From contig NC_042997.1 in NCBI RefSeq assembly GCF_006345805.1, forward strand, positions 202,740,001-202,804,000: a stretch of 64,000 nt of DNA, given 5' to 3'. How positions within the stretch are numbered: the stretch's first letter is position 1; each line of letters opens with the position of its first letter. Both the position numbers and the translations under genes were made by a program. The notes under the pieces are model-generated. The model did not search any database and had not been told where the DNA came from. It saw only the letters and a list, made by a program, of their open reading frames with translations. The stretch is from Octopus sinensis. Taxonomy: Eukaryota. Below, in pieces: positions 49,787 through 61,258 of this stretch.

Positions 49787-49975
49787 GACACACACACACA
49801 CATACACACACACGCGCACACAATGAGCTTCTTTCTGTTTCCATCTATCAAATCCATTCACAAGGCTTGGTTGGAAGCTATAGTAGAAGACACTTGCCCA
49901 AGGTGCCATGCAGTGGGACTGAACCTGGAACCATGTGGTTGGGAAACAAGTTTCTTACAACAGCCGTGCCTGCAC
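49525..49975 (-). mobile_element. SINE family 1, full length
   Basis: tttacttgtttcagtcatttgactgc..gacacttgcccaaggtgcc..gaaccatgtggttgg. Confidence 0.9.
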
Positions 49976-52084
49976 TTATAAAAAAAATATATATGTATGT
50001 ATATTTTTTAAACCTGAGTTCAGTATTCAAATACTTTGAGAATTGAACTCGAAGTATTTGAACTTACCTTACTCTCTACTTACTGCAGTGTTCAAGGTTG
50101 AGACCATGATTACTGTTACAACTTCAAAGCCCACATACAGAAGATAAGGGCTGAAGAGAATACCCACCACTCCATTGCCAACAAACTCATATATACATGT
50201 TCATGTGTTCAACTTTACTAGTTCTCTGCTACTCCACTAATGAGTATATTAGCTCAGTAAGGGACAGATCTACCTGTGCTAAGACTCTAGTTCCACTCTT
50301 TAAGGCTTCTTATAGATTGATCATCAGTTTTCAAAGCCCAACAAACACTTGACATCCTCTATATTCTGATAAGCATAGTACCTCACCCTGTCATTAGGAG
50401 ATTAGCAGGTAGAGAAAAAGAGCATCAATGACAGCAAATAAAAGAGGAGCATCATCTTATGTTTGACCAAGTCAAGAAGAAAATTCATTAAATGTTTCAC
50501 TTCCCTTCAGTGGCACTATACCAAGGAGGGCAAGGAGAACTTGCTGGGCAGAAAGAAACCACAGTCAGGCATCACAACAACAATTTAAATGATAGAAAAT
50601 GAACTGCTACCATCTGGTTAGATACAAACTGAACAAAGTTTGATTGAGAACTAGGTTTGGTTAGGCCAATGATACTAAAAAAATAAAGATATAATTCATC
50701 CAATGATGTCATTTGTTATTACAGCACAGAACCAGAAACTATGGAATGCCTGCTCTATAGTTTGTGCTTCTGTTGCCTGTTGAGATGCCCTCTAATGCAA
50801 AGTCAATACATTTCTGCTGACCTTGCAATGTATAATGATGATGGAGAGAAATTTATTCAGCTTTGGCTGAACAAAATTTAACTGAACATGAAGCAGATTC
50901 ACTGAAAAGAACTTCATGATGTCATTAATTTAACAGTATTATATTATTTTCCTTTGACATTGATGTAAATAGCATCAAATAAGTTGTTGCTTTTGTCTGT
51001 GACAAAATTAAAATAATAGAATGAAATGTCATTCTTGTGATGTCAACATCAATAAACAGATGAAGATGAGGGAATCAAGTATTGGTTCATCAACACTTTT
51101 ATTTCAGGCAGAGCTTCTAAATTAATATAGACATTCAAAGAATCTATTGATTATATCAATAATTAACTCTCCCCTCTATAGAGTATAGCTCCAGCTAATA
51201 CTATTTATTTTATGTATTTTAATATGATGTTTGATTGCTATTATTCAATGTGAGCTAGATATCCATGAATTTACACAAATCTAATGAGAAAGTCTTTATG
51301 TGGTTGCTAGAAATAGCAGTCTAATTTTCCTCTAATCATACTCCTACCATCAAAAATAAATCAAAAATACATTGCATAATGCAGTTCTGTATAGCTATTA
51401 AAAAAAAGACAGAATAGTTTCAATTAAAATGCTTTTGATCATAGGTCATCTCAATCAGGACTGACCTGGGGCTAAATAATAATAGCAACAATACTCAGAT
51501 ATCATATTATGAACATAAATATTCTTGTGACAAACTTAAATAGGCTAAATATTAAATTCAATATTAAAAATTTATTACAGTCTCTGTCAAAAACGAAGCT
51601 TCAAATTTCCAATTTTACCCACGACTGCCTATTTGCATTCAATTCTTCCCATTTCTTTGAAGATACAAGCTACAGTCTCTGTGATGTTGAAAAGCCAAAT
51701 CAAATTCCTGCATCTACAAAAATAATTCATAATTAGTTCTTCCCCCCGCCCACACTCTCTTTCCATATACCTTTTTGGAATTCTATTTTTATTCGTTATT
51801 ACATTTTCTAAACAGAAATGTCCCTGGTTACAAGTTTCCAATGAGTGAATCACTGGTTTTACAATAGTGAAGGTGGGTACAAGGGATAGTTGTGCTGTGA
51901 AACTCAGGCAGAATAAAGATAGCCAAAAAATTTTTTGTTTGAAAACTCTAGCTTATAGACATCCTCATCTACGTTTGTGTCTTTGCTGGTATATTATCAG
52001 CAAAATATGCACAGAGGCACATGCACATATGCACACGCATGCATGCACGTACACACACACACAGACACACACACCACACACACA

Positions 52085-53250
52085 GAGGCGTGTTGGCTGA
52101 ATAGCTCATAGGTTGACCAAGGCACACTCATGGAATGACCAAATTAGGTTTATTTTTCAACATTGTCATCCTAGCAGTCAGCACAAGTCTTCCATTGGTG
52201 TTGCTGTGCTTTGATCCCATTAGTGAAGAAGCTTTCATCTGGCTGCTGGTCAAAAAGGTCATCAAGGGCAGATATGATGTCATCATCACTGTGATACTGG
52301 TTTCCAGCTAAGTGTTTTTCTGTGTTGAAGAACAGGTGATTGTCAGATAGGGTCAAATCAGGTGAATAGGGAGGATGCTCAACCAGTTCAGAGCCACAGT
52401 CATGCACAACAGTCATTGTAACTAATGATTTGTGTGCGGGAGTATTGTCCTGATGAAATAAAATCCCTTTCGTCAGTTTTCTTGGGTGTTTGGTATTCAT
52501 AGCCTTTCATAACTGCCTCATCTAGTTGGCATAATACTCTCATCATACTCATCATAATAATTGATGATGTAGTCCTTATGAAGATAGCCAATAAATACAA
52601 TGCCTTTTGCATCCCAAAAAACTGAGGCCATCACCTTACATGCAAATGGAACGACCTTGGCCTTTTTTGGAGCAGATGAGGTGGGGTGTTTCCACTGCAT
52701 AGATTGATGAAACCAACACTCATCCTTGGTTAGGAAAAGTTCCAGGAAACCAGCTGGATCTGCCTCAAACAATGTCAGATTCAACCTGGTGTGCTTTTGA
52801 TCAAGTGTCAAAAGATGTGGCCCCCCACCAGGCAGGAACCTTCAACATACCAAGTCCATTGTGTAGAATATTCTCAACCCTCTCATGAGTTATGCTAACA
52901 GCATTGCTTATTTGATTTATAGTCAATCACCTGTCACCTATTATCATGTGGTAAATATGATCAATGTTTTCCTCAGTGGTGGCAGTTGCAGGACATCCAG
53001 ACTTTGGGTCATCTCCAAGGCTCTCTCTTCCTCTCCTAAATTCACATACCCACATATGCATTGTTGGTAAAGCTGGAGCATTATCCTCTAATGTAGCAAC
53101 CAAGTCAGCATAAATTTCTTTGGGGCTAAACCCTTTATCTGCAGGTACTTGATAACACTATGGTGCCAAATTTTGTTCTTAGGTAGTAGATTTAATCCCT
53201 TGTCCAGTTTAACACTACCACTTAGCTATCCTTGGGGAACTTTAGCAGAA
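52085..53250 (-). mobile_element. Near full-length irritans/Hsmar2-like mariner
   Basis: KIWHHSVIKYLQIKG..EFRRGRESLGDDPKSG; TKDECW; KVMASVFWDAKG; FHQDNTPAH; HPPYSPDLTLSD; TIR gttggctgaatagctcatagg. Confidence 0.9.
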
Positions 53251-53544
53251 TCTATTTTATAGCAAGCTTTCAGACCAAGAACATAGTCTGAGAATAACAT
53301 ACAAATTACAGTTTCTTCCTTCATTCCCACAGTGGTCATGAAGACACAGCAGAAGATAATTGGTTTGTTCTTCTTCTAATTAAGACTCCAAAACTCTCAA
53401 ACATTTAATTTCTTATAGGTGTGTCTGTCTGCCTATCAGTATTATGTATATAGATAAATTTATGTATGTATGTATGTATGTATATATGTATGTATGTATG
53501 TATATACACACATGTACACATACAACACACAAGCTCACACATCA

Positions 53545-53935
53545 TCATCACCATCATCATTTAACATCCATCTTCCATGCTGGTATATCTTGCAAAGTTT
53601 GACAAGATCTGCCAGGTCCATGAATTATTTTGTGTGTCAATGTCTGCTTTGGTAAGGTACCTTTGGCTGGATACTATTGCTAATGCCAATCACTTAACAC
53701 TGTATAAAGTGCTTTTTTCATGGCACTAGCACTAGTGAGGATACCATGCAGCTTTCAAGATTAAGGCTCCCTTTAATTGAATGGAGTTACATGAGAAGGA
53801 GAGGAGGTAGTATACTAAGAGAAGAAAGATTAAAGTATGAGGAAAGGGGCCAGAAAAGATGTTTTTTGCTGCAGAGGAGATACATGGCTACTCACATAAT
53901 AGAAGAAAAGGAGGTAGTGACAAAGGATGAGCTGG
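53545..53935 (-). mobile_element. RTE 3'-UTR tail (old)
   Basis: catcatttaacatcc..gctggatactattgctaatgccaatc; purine-rich UTR like 13400-13580. Confidence 0.65.
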
Positions 53936-53960
53936 AAAGATATATATATATATATATATG

Positions 53961-54718
53961 TTAGAGAGTAAAATAATGGAATAGCTATATCTTAAAAATA
54001 TCATATTAAAGATAAATATATAATGTGAGCAATATTGTATTAATAAATAAATAAAGTACAGCTATGATTATTAAAAAGTTTTTAAATGTTTAAAAGTTCT
54101 TACACTGGTTTCATGAATATATTTCCTCTTAAAATGAAATCTAATGTTGACAAGCATCGTTGGGAAGTATATCCACTCATCAGAGAGTGAAGTCAAAAGG
54201 ATGAATTTCAGTAGAGGAAATTGTAGTTATTCTACGATTTCCTCTACTGAAATTCATCCTTTTGACTTCACTCTCTGATGAGTTGATATACTTCCCAACA
54301 ATGCTTATCAACATTAGATTTCCATGGGAAAATCCGTGGTAAAAAATTTCAAAAATTTTAATTGTGGATTTATCCTACTTTTCTGGAGTTTTAGCTCAAA
54401 TTTATACCAACACAGATAGATGAATACCAATAATTTTTTAAACAACATTTTCCTCATTCGATTTAAACAGCATTTTCTTCATTCGATTTCCTCCACTAAA
54501 ATTCATCCTTTTGACTTGACTCTCTGATGAGTGGAAATACTTCCCAACAATACTTATCAACTTTAGATTTCATTTTAAGAATAACTTTTAAACATTTTAA
54601 AACTTTTTATTAATCATAACTGTACTTTATTTATTTGTTAATACAATATTGCTAATACTATAAACTTATCTTTATTATGATTTTTAAGATATAACTATTC
54701 CACTATTTTACTCTCTGA
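53961..54718. mobile_element. PLE pLTR inverted/tandem structure
   Basis: Left arm 53961-54221 is inverted relative to 54486-54718; a third partial copy at 54237-54322 makes a direct fold-back. Confidence 0.85.
54098..54186 (-). ncRNA. Type I hammerhead ribozyme motif with canonical core
   Basis: UCU-CUGAUGA-GUGGAUAUACUUCC..GGAAAUAUAUUCAU-GAAA-C CAGU GUA|AGA; 14-bp stem II with one mismatch; short 3-bp stem I. Confidence 0.72.
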
Positions 54719-55098
54719 TATATAACCACTCTCATGAATCTCTAAATATCTTTTAAGATTTTAGACATATTTCATACTAGAGCACTTAATTGACATCCAG
54801 TATACCTTGTTTTCAAAGGAAATATTTAACTAACTATATATATATCCATATATACACATACACACACATATATATGTAACCTATATAGAACCTTCATAAA
54901 CAGGGCTAATTTAGCTACTTCTAGATTGAAATAAATGATGAACAGCATTAATCAATTTTTAAATTTTATTGGATTCATCATCAGAGGCATCTCTACCAAT
55001 TTCACTAACATTAGAGAAGCAAGCAGTCAATCTGTTTATATACTTAACAATTACAATAGCCAGAGAATACTGTAACTGGTATCAAAGTATGATGTAAC

Positions 55099-55358
55099 TG
55101 TTGTGGCAAGTCACGACACCCCCTACAAGAATAGACTTGACCAAACAACTATCAATAGTTGTCTGAGTGAGAAAGAGAGTAGGCGTTAATCTCAGGAAGT
55201 CGTAAGGTGTCATTTTGATAGTTTATTGGAATATCATTTGTTGGTTTGTGTATAATTTGTGCAGAGTTCGTCGGATTGTTACCTCATTACACTGCCTCAT
55301 TATATATTTATTTGTTATAGCGTAAAAAAGTATTGTCATAACAATTGGTGATACAACA
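55099..55358 (-). mobile_element. Solo LTR (260 bp) with 5-bp TSD GTAAC
   Basis: TGTTGT...ACAACA termini; gtaac at 55094-55098 and 55359-55363; TATATAA followed by AATAAA on the minus strand. Confidence 0.85.
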
Positions 55359-55464
55359 GTAACTTATATAATACCTTTATAAGCAGAGCTAATTTAGCTG
55401 TTTCTCTTTAGATTGAGAAAATGATGGACAACCTTGATTGATTTTCAAATCTTATGGGTTTCAT

Positions 55465-55700
55465 CATTATCATCATCATCATTTAATGTCTGACGTCCAT
55501 GCTGGCATGGGTTGGACAGTTTGACAGGAGCCAACCAGGAAGGAGCCAGCCAGGCAGGAGCCGACCAAGCAGGAGCTGGCCAGACAGGAACCGGCCAGGC
55601 AGGAGCCAATCAGGAGCCAGTCAAGCAGGAGCTGGCCTGGTAGGAGCCAGCTACGCAGGAGCCTGCACCAGACTTATGTGTCTGTTTTGGCAAGGTTTTT
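55465..55700 (-). mobile_element. RTE tail with an internal 15-bp tandem array
   Basis: caggagcc.gcca.g repeated about 9 times (55525-55669), in place of the ctggagcctggtgcagcc segment. Confidence 0.8.
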
Positions 55701-56368
55701 ATGACTTGATGCCCTTCCGAAAATACCAATATATGAATATATACTAACTTATATATCATCATCATCATCATCATCATCATTTTAATGGACACTTTGCCAA
55801 GCTTGCATGTATCAGATGGAGTTTTACTAAAGTAGATTTTCTATGAATGAATGCCCTTCTTGTTGCCAACCCTTACCTGTTTCCAAACAAGTAATAGTTC
55901 TTAATGGTTAGACGTTTTCACAGAATATTCAAAATGATATTCATTTACAACAATTGCATGATGTCAAGACAAGGAGACGCAAACATACTCTCACACACAC
56001 ACACACATATACATATGTGTATATATATGAATAAATGAAAGAATGAAGTTGAACGAAGATGTTAACAAAATTCCTTTACTCTCGACATATGTTTCGAAAG
56101 GTTTCGGTTAAACGAATTTTCCATGCTGACGATAAACATAGGATAATTCATTCACCTACTTAAATATATATATATATACATATATATAATACATATATAT
56201 ATATACATATTATATATACATATATATATATACATATATATATATACATATATATATACATATATATATACATATATATATATAACATATATATATATAC
56301 TATATATATATACATATATATATAATATATATATATTATATATATATATATATGCATATATACATACA

Positions 56369-56750
56369 CTAGCAGTTCGCCCGGAGTTGCTCAGGTTTGT
56401 AAGGGAAATAACTATAAAGCATTTTTAGAGAGTTATAGCCAAAAAATAGCAAAAAAATGGAAAATAAATGATGGTAAATTTTTTTGAGAGTTAAAAAAGG
56501 TGGAGTTGCGTCCCCTAGACGGTCTGTGGTTTGGGTTTCTGATTCTCGACCCCATGTCGAATTTATCGATTTTTTTCAGAACTGGGGGAACTTTTCAAAA
56601 TTTTCGCTGCGTTAGTTTTGAATTATGACATTGGGCTATGTGTGTGTCAAGTTTCATCAGAATCGGTTGAAAGCCGTGGTCAGAGTGAGGGTACGAGAAA
56701 ACAGACACACAGAAAACGCACAGACAAACTGCCGTTTATATAGAGAGAGA
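56369..56750 (-). mobile_element. Non-autonomous Helitron
   Basis: Minus strand A|TC..cctgagcaactccgggcgaactgCTAG|T; 3' end shared with 15172-15567. Confidence 0.9.
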
Positions 56751-56859
56751 TATATGTACGTACCTACATCTACATGTATATATACATGCATATATGGGTG
56801 CAGGACACCATATAGTTTAGTGAGACTAAACACGCATCCATTTCTAAGTAAGTTTGTTC

Positions 56860-57575
56860 TTGATATTAATACTGATGTGCACTCTTAACCATTCTGTCCC
56901 CCTCCCTTTCTCAGCCTTCCTTCTTTCTGGTTTCCTTTTCTTCTACCTTACTGTCTCTCCCTCCCTCTCTCTCATTCTTCATTCTTTCTGGTTTTCTCTA
57001 CAACCATTCCTCTTTTTTCTCTCCCCTTCACCTTCTCTTACTCCTTCTCCCCTGTCCCCATCGTCGCTGGTCAGCAATGAGGAAACTACTGTCTTTTCTG
57101 ACCTTGCTTCACCCGAGTGTAGACAGCATTTTCTGTGGCTCCTTTGCTGTTCTCAAAAATAGCGTTTGTAATATTTTATCTCGTTCTTGTCTGTGTTACT
57201 GTTATTCTCCTTGTCCTGTCTTTTATTGTTTATATTTTGTACTGTCGTTACTGTCCTGTTTTTGTTACCATTTTTACCCCTCCGCAAAAAAATCTCAAAT
57301 TTTATTTAATTTGCTTTTCGCGGGAAGGAATGTTTCAGTTGAAGTTGCGTTTCGCCTTCACCTTCGAAACGCAGAGTAGATGAAACCATGGCGACTGAAG
57401 AAGGGGAATTTTCCTGGTGTTATTTGTCCTGTACTCTATTTTTTCGTTGTTTAAGAAAAATGTCCAGTTCCTTGGTTTTGTGTTTATGTTTTCGTTTCTC
57501 ATTGTGTTCGACGTTTTTTTGGTGTCCTGTACCCATATATGCATGTATATATACATGTAGATGTAGGTACATGCA
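56860..57575 (+). mobile_element. Probable PLE 3'-UTR/pLTR (family C)
   Basis: CT-rich tract, then a T-rich pLTR-like segment; its last 50 bp occur inverted at 56759-56808. Confidence 0.5.
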
Positions 57576-57589
57576 TATATGTATGTATT

Positions 57590-57925
57590 TATACTCTTTT
57601 ACTTGTTTCAGTCATTTGACTGCGGCCATGCTGGAGCACCGCCTTTAATCGAGCAACTCGACCCCGGGACTTATTCTTTGAAAGCCCAGTACTTATTCTA
57701 TCGGTCTCTTTTTGCCGAACCGCTAAGTGACGGGGACATAAACACACCAGCATCAGTTGTCAAGCAATGCTAGGGGGACAAACACAGACACACAAGTACA
57801 CACACATACACTCACAAGGCTTTGGTCGGCCCGAGGCTCTAGTAAAAGACACTTGCCCAAGGTTCCACACAGTGGGACTGAACCCGGAACCATGTGGTTG
57901 GTAAACAAGCTACTTACCACCCAGC
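57590..57925 (-). mobile_element. SINE family 1 (young, internally deleted)
   Basis: tacttgtttcagtcatttgactgcggccatgctggagcaccgcc..gaacccggaaccatgtgg. Confidence 0.9.
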
Positions 57926-58015
57926 CACTATATGTTTTATTTATTAATTTGTTATTACACAACAGAATGCATGCATCCATTTCTAAGTAAGTTTGTTCTA
58001 TATATATATATATAT

Positions 58016-58867
58016 TGAGGTGGTATAAAAAAGTTCCCAGACTAGTTCTGTAGTGTGCACCAACAGATACAGAACATGTTGCATGTGCTAGCAGTGACCT
58101 TCATGGAGCAGTGTGCTGAGTGACACCACTGTGTTTACTTTGCTAGCCATGAAATTTGCATTTTTGTGATCACATGTATGCTGTAGTCTGTGATTTTATG
58201 AAATTTTTCGTTGAACTTGGGAAGTCTGCTACTGAGACATTGAGCATGCCTCAGCAAGCTTACAGCGATGACGCAATGGGTCGTACACAATGTTTCAAAT
58301 GACACAGATACTTCAAAAGTGGAAGAACATCCCTGGAAGACGATGAGTGATCTGGAAGACCTACCACAAGTGTCAACCCCAGAAAAGTGGAGAAAATTCA
58401 TCAGCTTGTGTATGAGGATTGTTTGAAGACAATCAATGATATTGCTGATGTTGTATGGGTCTGTACAACCAATCCTAATGTCTGGATTCTTCCCAATGAC
58501 AATGTAGCCTGTCACCAGGCTCTCGTCACTCATGCGTTTCTCACCAAAAACAACATGATATTTCTTTTGCACCTGCCCTATTCACCAGATTTAGCACTGG
58601 CAGATTTCCATCTCTTCCTTAAGGTAAAAATGCAGCTTAAAGGTTGCTGTTTTAACACTTTTGTTGAGATGAAGAGTGAATTGCAGCAGGTCCTTGACTC
58701 ACTTACAGAAAATTACTTCCAGGCTGGATTCGAAAAGTTGCAGGCTGCTGGGACAAGTATATTGCTGCACAAGGTGACTATTTCAAAGGAGATGATGTTA
58801 AAACTTAGGTAAATAAGTTATTTTTTATTAAACATAACTAGTCCAGAAACTTTTTGATATCATCTCA
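58016..58867 (+). mobile_element. Complete non-autonomous mariner (about 850 bp) with both TIRs and TA flanks
   Basis: tgaggtggtataaaaaagttcccagactagtt / aactagtccagaaactttttgatatcatctca|TA; HTH joined to WIL.NDN..YSPDLA. Confidence 0.92.
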
Positions 58868-59676
58868 TATGTGTGTGTGTGTGTGTGTATGTGTGTGTGT
58901 GTGTGTGTGCATGTGTGTGTGTTTGCCTTTGTGTCAGTGTTTGTCTCCCACCACTGCTTGACATTTGATGTTGGTTTTGTTTATCTCATCATAACTTAGC
59001 AGTTCAGCAAAGAGATTTGATAGAATAAATACTAGGCTTTAAACTAAAAATTCTTCAAGGCACTGCTCCCTGCCTTGTTGCATAATTTATATCCTACAGA
59101 GTAGCTTTCAGCTAAATATACAATATAGATGTTATTACAAAACTCATTTATGATGTTTGATTGGATGTACATAGACAATAGATTGAATTATAGACAGCAC
59201 TGAACTCAAATTATTTTTTTATATTCTGACTTTATTTTCTTAATTTATGAATGTTGATATTTAATGTTTGTGCAAAACATGGAATTACACAGAATATGGG
59301 ATTTGACTATACAAGTGTAGAGGGATGCACATTTTCACAGGACTTTGAACTTTGAACTTTTTTTTTTATTTTTCAATGATGACTGCACCTCCCCTCTTTT
59401 CTTATCTTTCCCATCCTACTTCCTAAAATTGACATCCTGAAAGGTCACCAGCCCTTGTGAGAAAATGCTTTTAGTTACAAATATGTTGATAGGGAAAGGA
59501 AAGAAAAGAAAAAAGAAAAAAGAAAGAAAAGAAAAATAGAAAAATGCTTTGTAATGAAATTTCAATGGGTTGACCACACCAAATTGAAAAGAAACCTCTC
59601 TCTCTCTCTCTCTTTTCCTATCTCTCTATCTATCTATCTGTATGTCTGTCTGTCTATATATTTTTCTATCTATCTT

Positions 59677-59718
<42 letters not shown>

Positions 59719-60071
59719 CTTTCCCCATTTTTTATTATTTTCTTGATTGTCCTAAAACTTCTCTCTCTCTGTCTATTCCCCCCTACTCTTTGCTTTTCTT
59801 TCTCTCTTCCCCTCTTTTTCCAAAAAACAAAGCTATTCTCTTCTTCTAAACATAGCAAAAACATCTTGTCCATATAAAGGAACAACGAAATGTGCTGTTT
59901 TTACCATTTTGATTTTGCCTTGACAAGTTTGATAAAGCACTAATAGAGAATTATACAAAATTCTGAGTGCCTCCTTTTTCTCAATATATATATATATATA
60001 TATACTCACACACACACACACATATTACCATATATATACATACATACACACACACATATATATGTATATAT

Positions 60072-60775
60072 GGATATGTAATGTCAGTGTGCATACACAA
60101 CAGAATGTAAGCACCCTGAGAGAAAAGTTGGACATAAGAAGCATCAGATGTGGTGTGCAAGAGAGACATCTGCGCTGGTATGGTCATGTGTTGCGTATGG
60201 ATGATGACAGTTCTATAAAAAAGTGTCACACCCTAGCAGTAAAGGGAACCCGTGGAAGAGGTAAACCCAGGAAGACATGGAATGAGGTGGTGAAGCATGA
60301 CCTTCAAATGTTGGTCCTCACCAAGGCAATGATAAGTGACCAAGACCTTTGGAGATATGCTGTGCTTGAGAAGACGCGGCAAGCCAAGTAAGACCGTAAC
60401 CATGTATAGTATACCAGCCCATTTAAGAATACCCTTTAATCATTGGGCAATAAACTGCGCTTGCAAAGACCTGTTGAGGCAAGGGAAGTCATTGTCATAG
60501 CCAATGACAGTACCACCTGATTGGCACCAGTGCTGGTGGCACATAAAAAGCACCATTCAATCGTGGTCGATGCCAGTATCGCTTGACTGGCCTTCATGCT
60601 AGTAACATGTAAAAAGCAACCACTACACTCTTGGAGTGGTTGGCGTTAGGAAGGGCATCAAGCTGTAGAAATGTTGCCAGATAGGATTGGAGCATGTGCA
60701 GCCTTTTGGCCTGCCAGCCCCCAGTTAAACTGTCCAACCCATGCCAGCATGGAAAGTGGACGTTAAAAGATGAAC
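60072..60775 (+). mobile_element. RTE LINE 3' end: ORF C-terminus plus complete 3'-UTR (parent of the abundant tail repeat)
   Basis: RHLRWYGHVLRMDDD..KKCHTLAVKGTRGRGKPRKTW..DL..L; UTR with ggtggcacataaaaagcacc units and ggcgttaggaagggcatc. Confidence 0.92.
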
Positions 60776-60794
60776 ATGTGTATGTGTGTGTGTT

Positions 60795-60825
<31 letters not shown>

Positions 60826-60829
60826 CTAT

Positions 60830-60864
<35 letters not shown>

Positions 60865-61100
60865 TAGATAGATATAGTTATAGATATACACACTCACATA
60901 AAAAGAAGTGTTTTTTGTGGAGGAGTAAAAAAAGCAACAAAGAAAAACAGCTCAGGAGAAAATAAACAAAGAAGCAATCAACCAAACAAAGAAATCTGTT
61001 CATTTTGGTACTTCAGTGAAGAGGTCAAAAGGTCAAATGATTAATTATGATGATTGTTGTGTTGATTTTTTAATTATGTCTCCTCTTTTACTTTCTGCAG

Positions 61101-61171
61101 AATGGCAGCATATTGCAGATAATGATTTGACTTCAAAAAATAAAGATCAGACTAGGGCTAAGATAGAATAA
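61101..61171 (+). CDS. Candidate terminal coding exon (EWQHIADNDLTSKNKDQTRAKIE*)
   Basis: Strong acceptor tctcctcttttactttctgcAG; phase-1 frame open to TAA; AATAAA at about 61728. Confidence 0.3.
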
Positions 61172-61209
61172 TTAATGAGGAGAATGAGCAAGAAAATTTG
61201 GTTGTTGTA

Positions 61210-61210
61210 A

Positions 61211-61258
<48 letters not shown>

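Noticed and set aside
57335-57410. Permuted (type II) hammerhead-like arrangement CCUUC-GAAA-CGCAGAGUA ... CUGAAGA-AGGGGAA
   Set aside because: Stem I does not close, and two extra nucleotides before GAAA would pair with core G8/A9; not a convincing fold by eye
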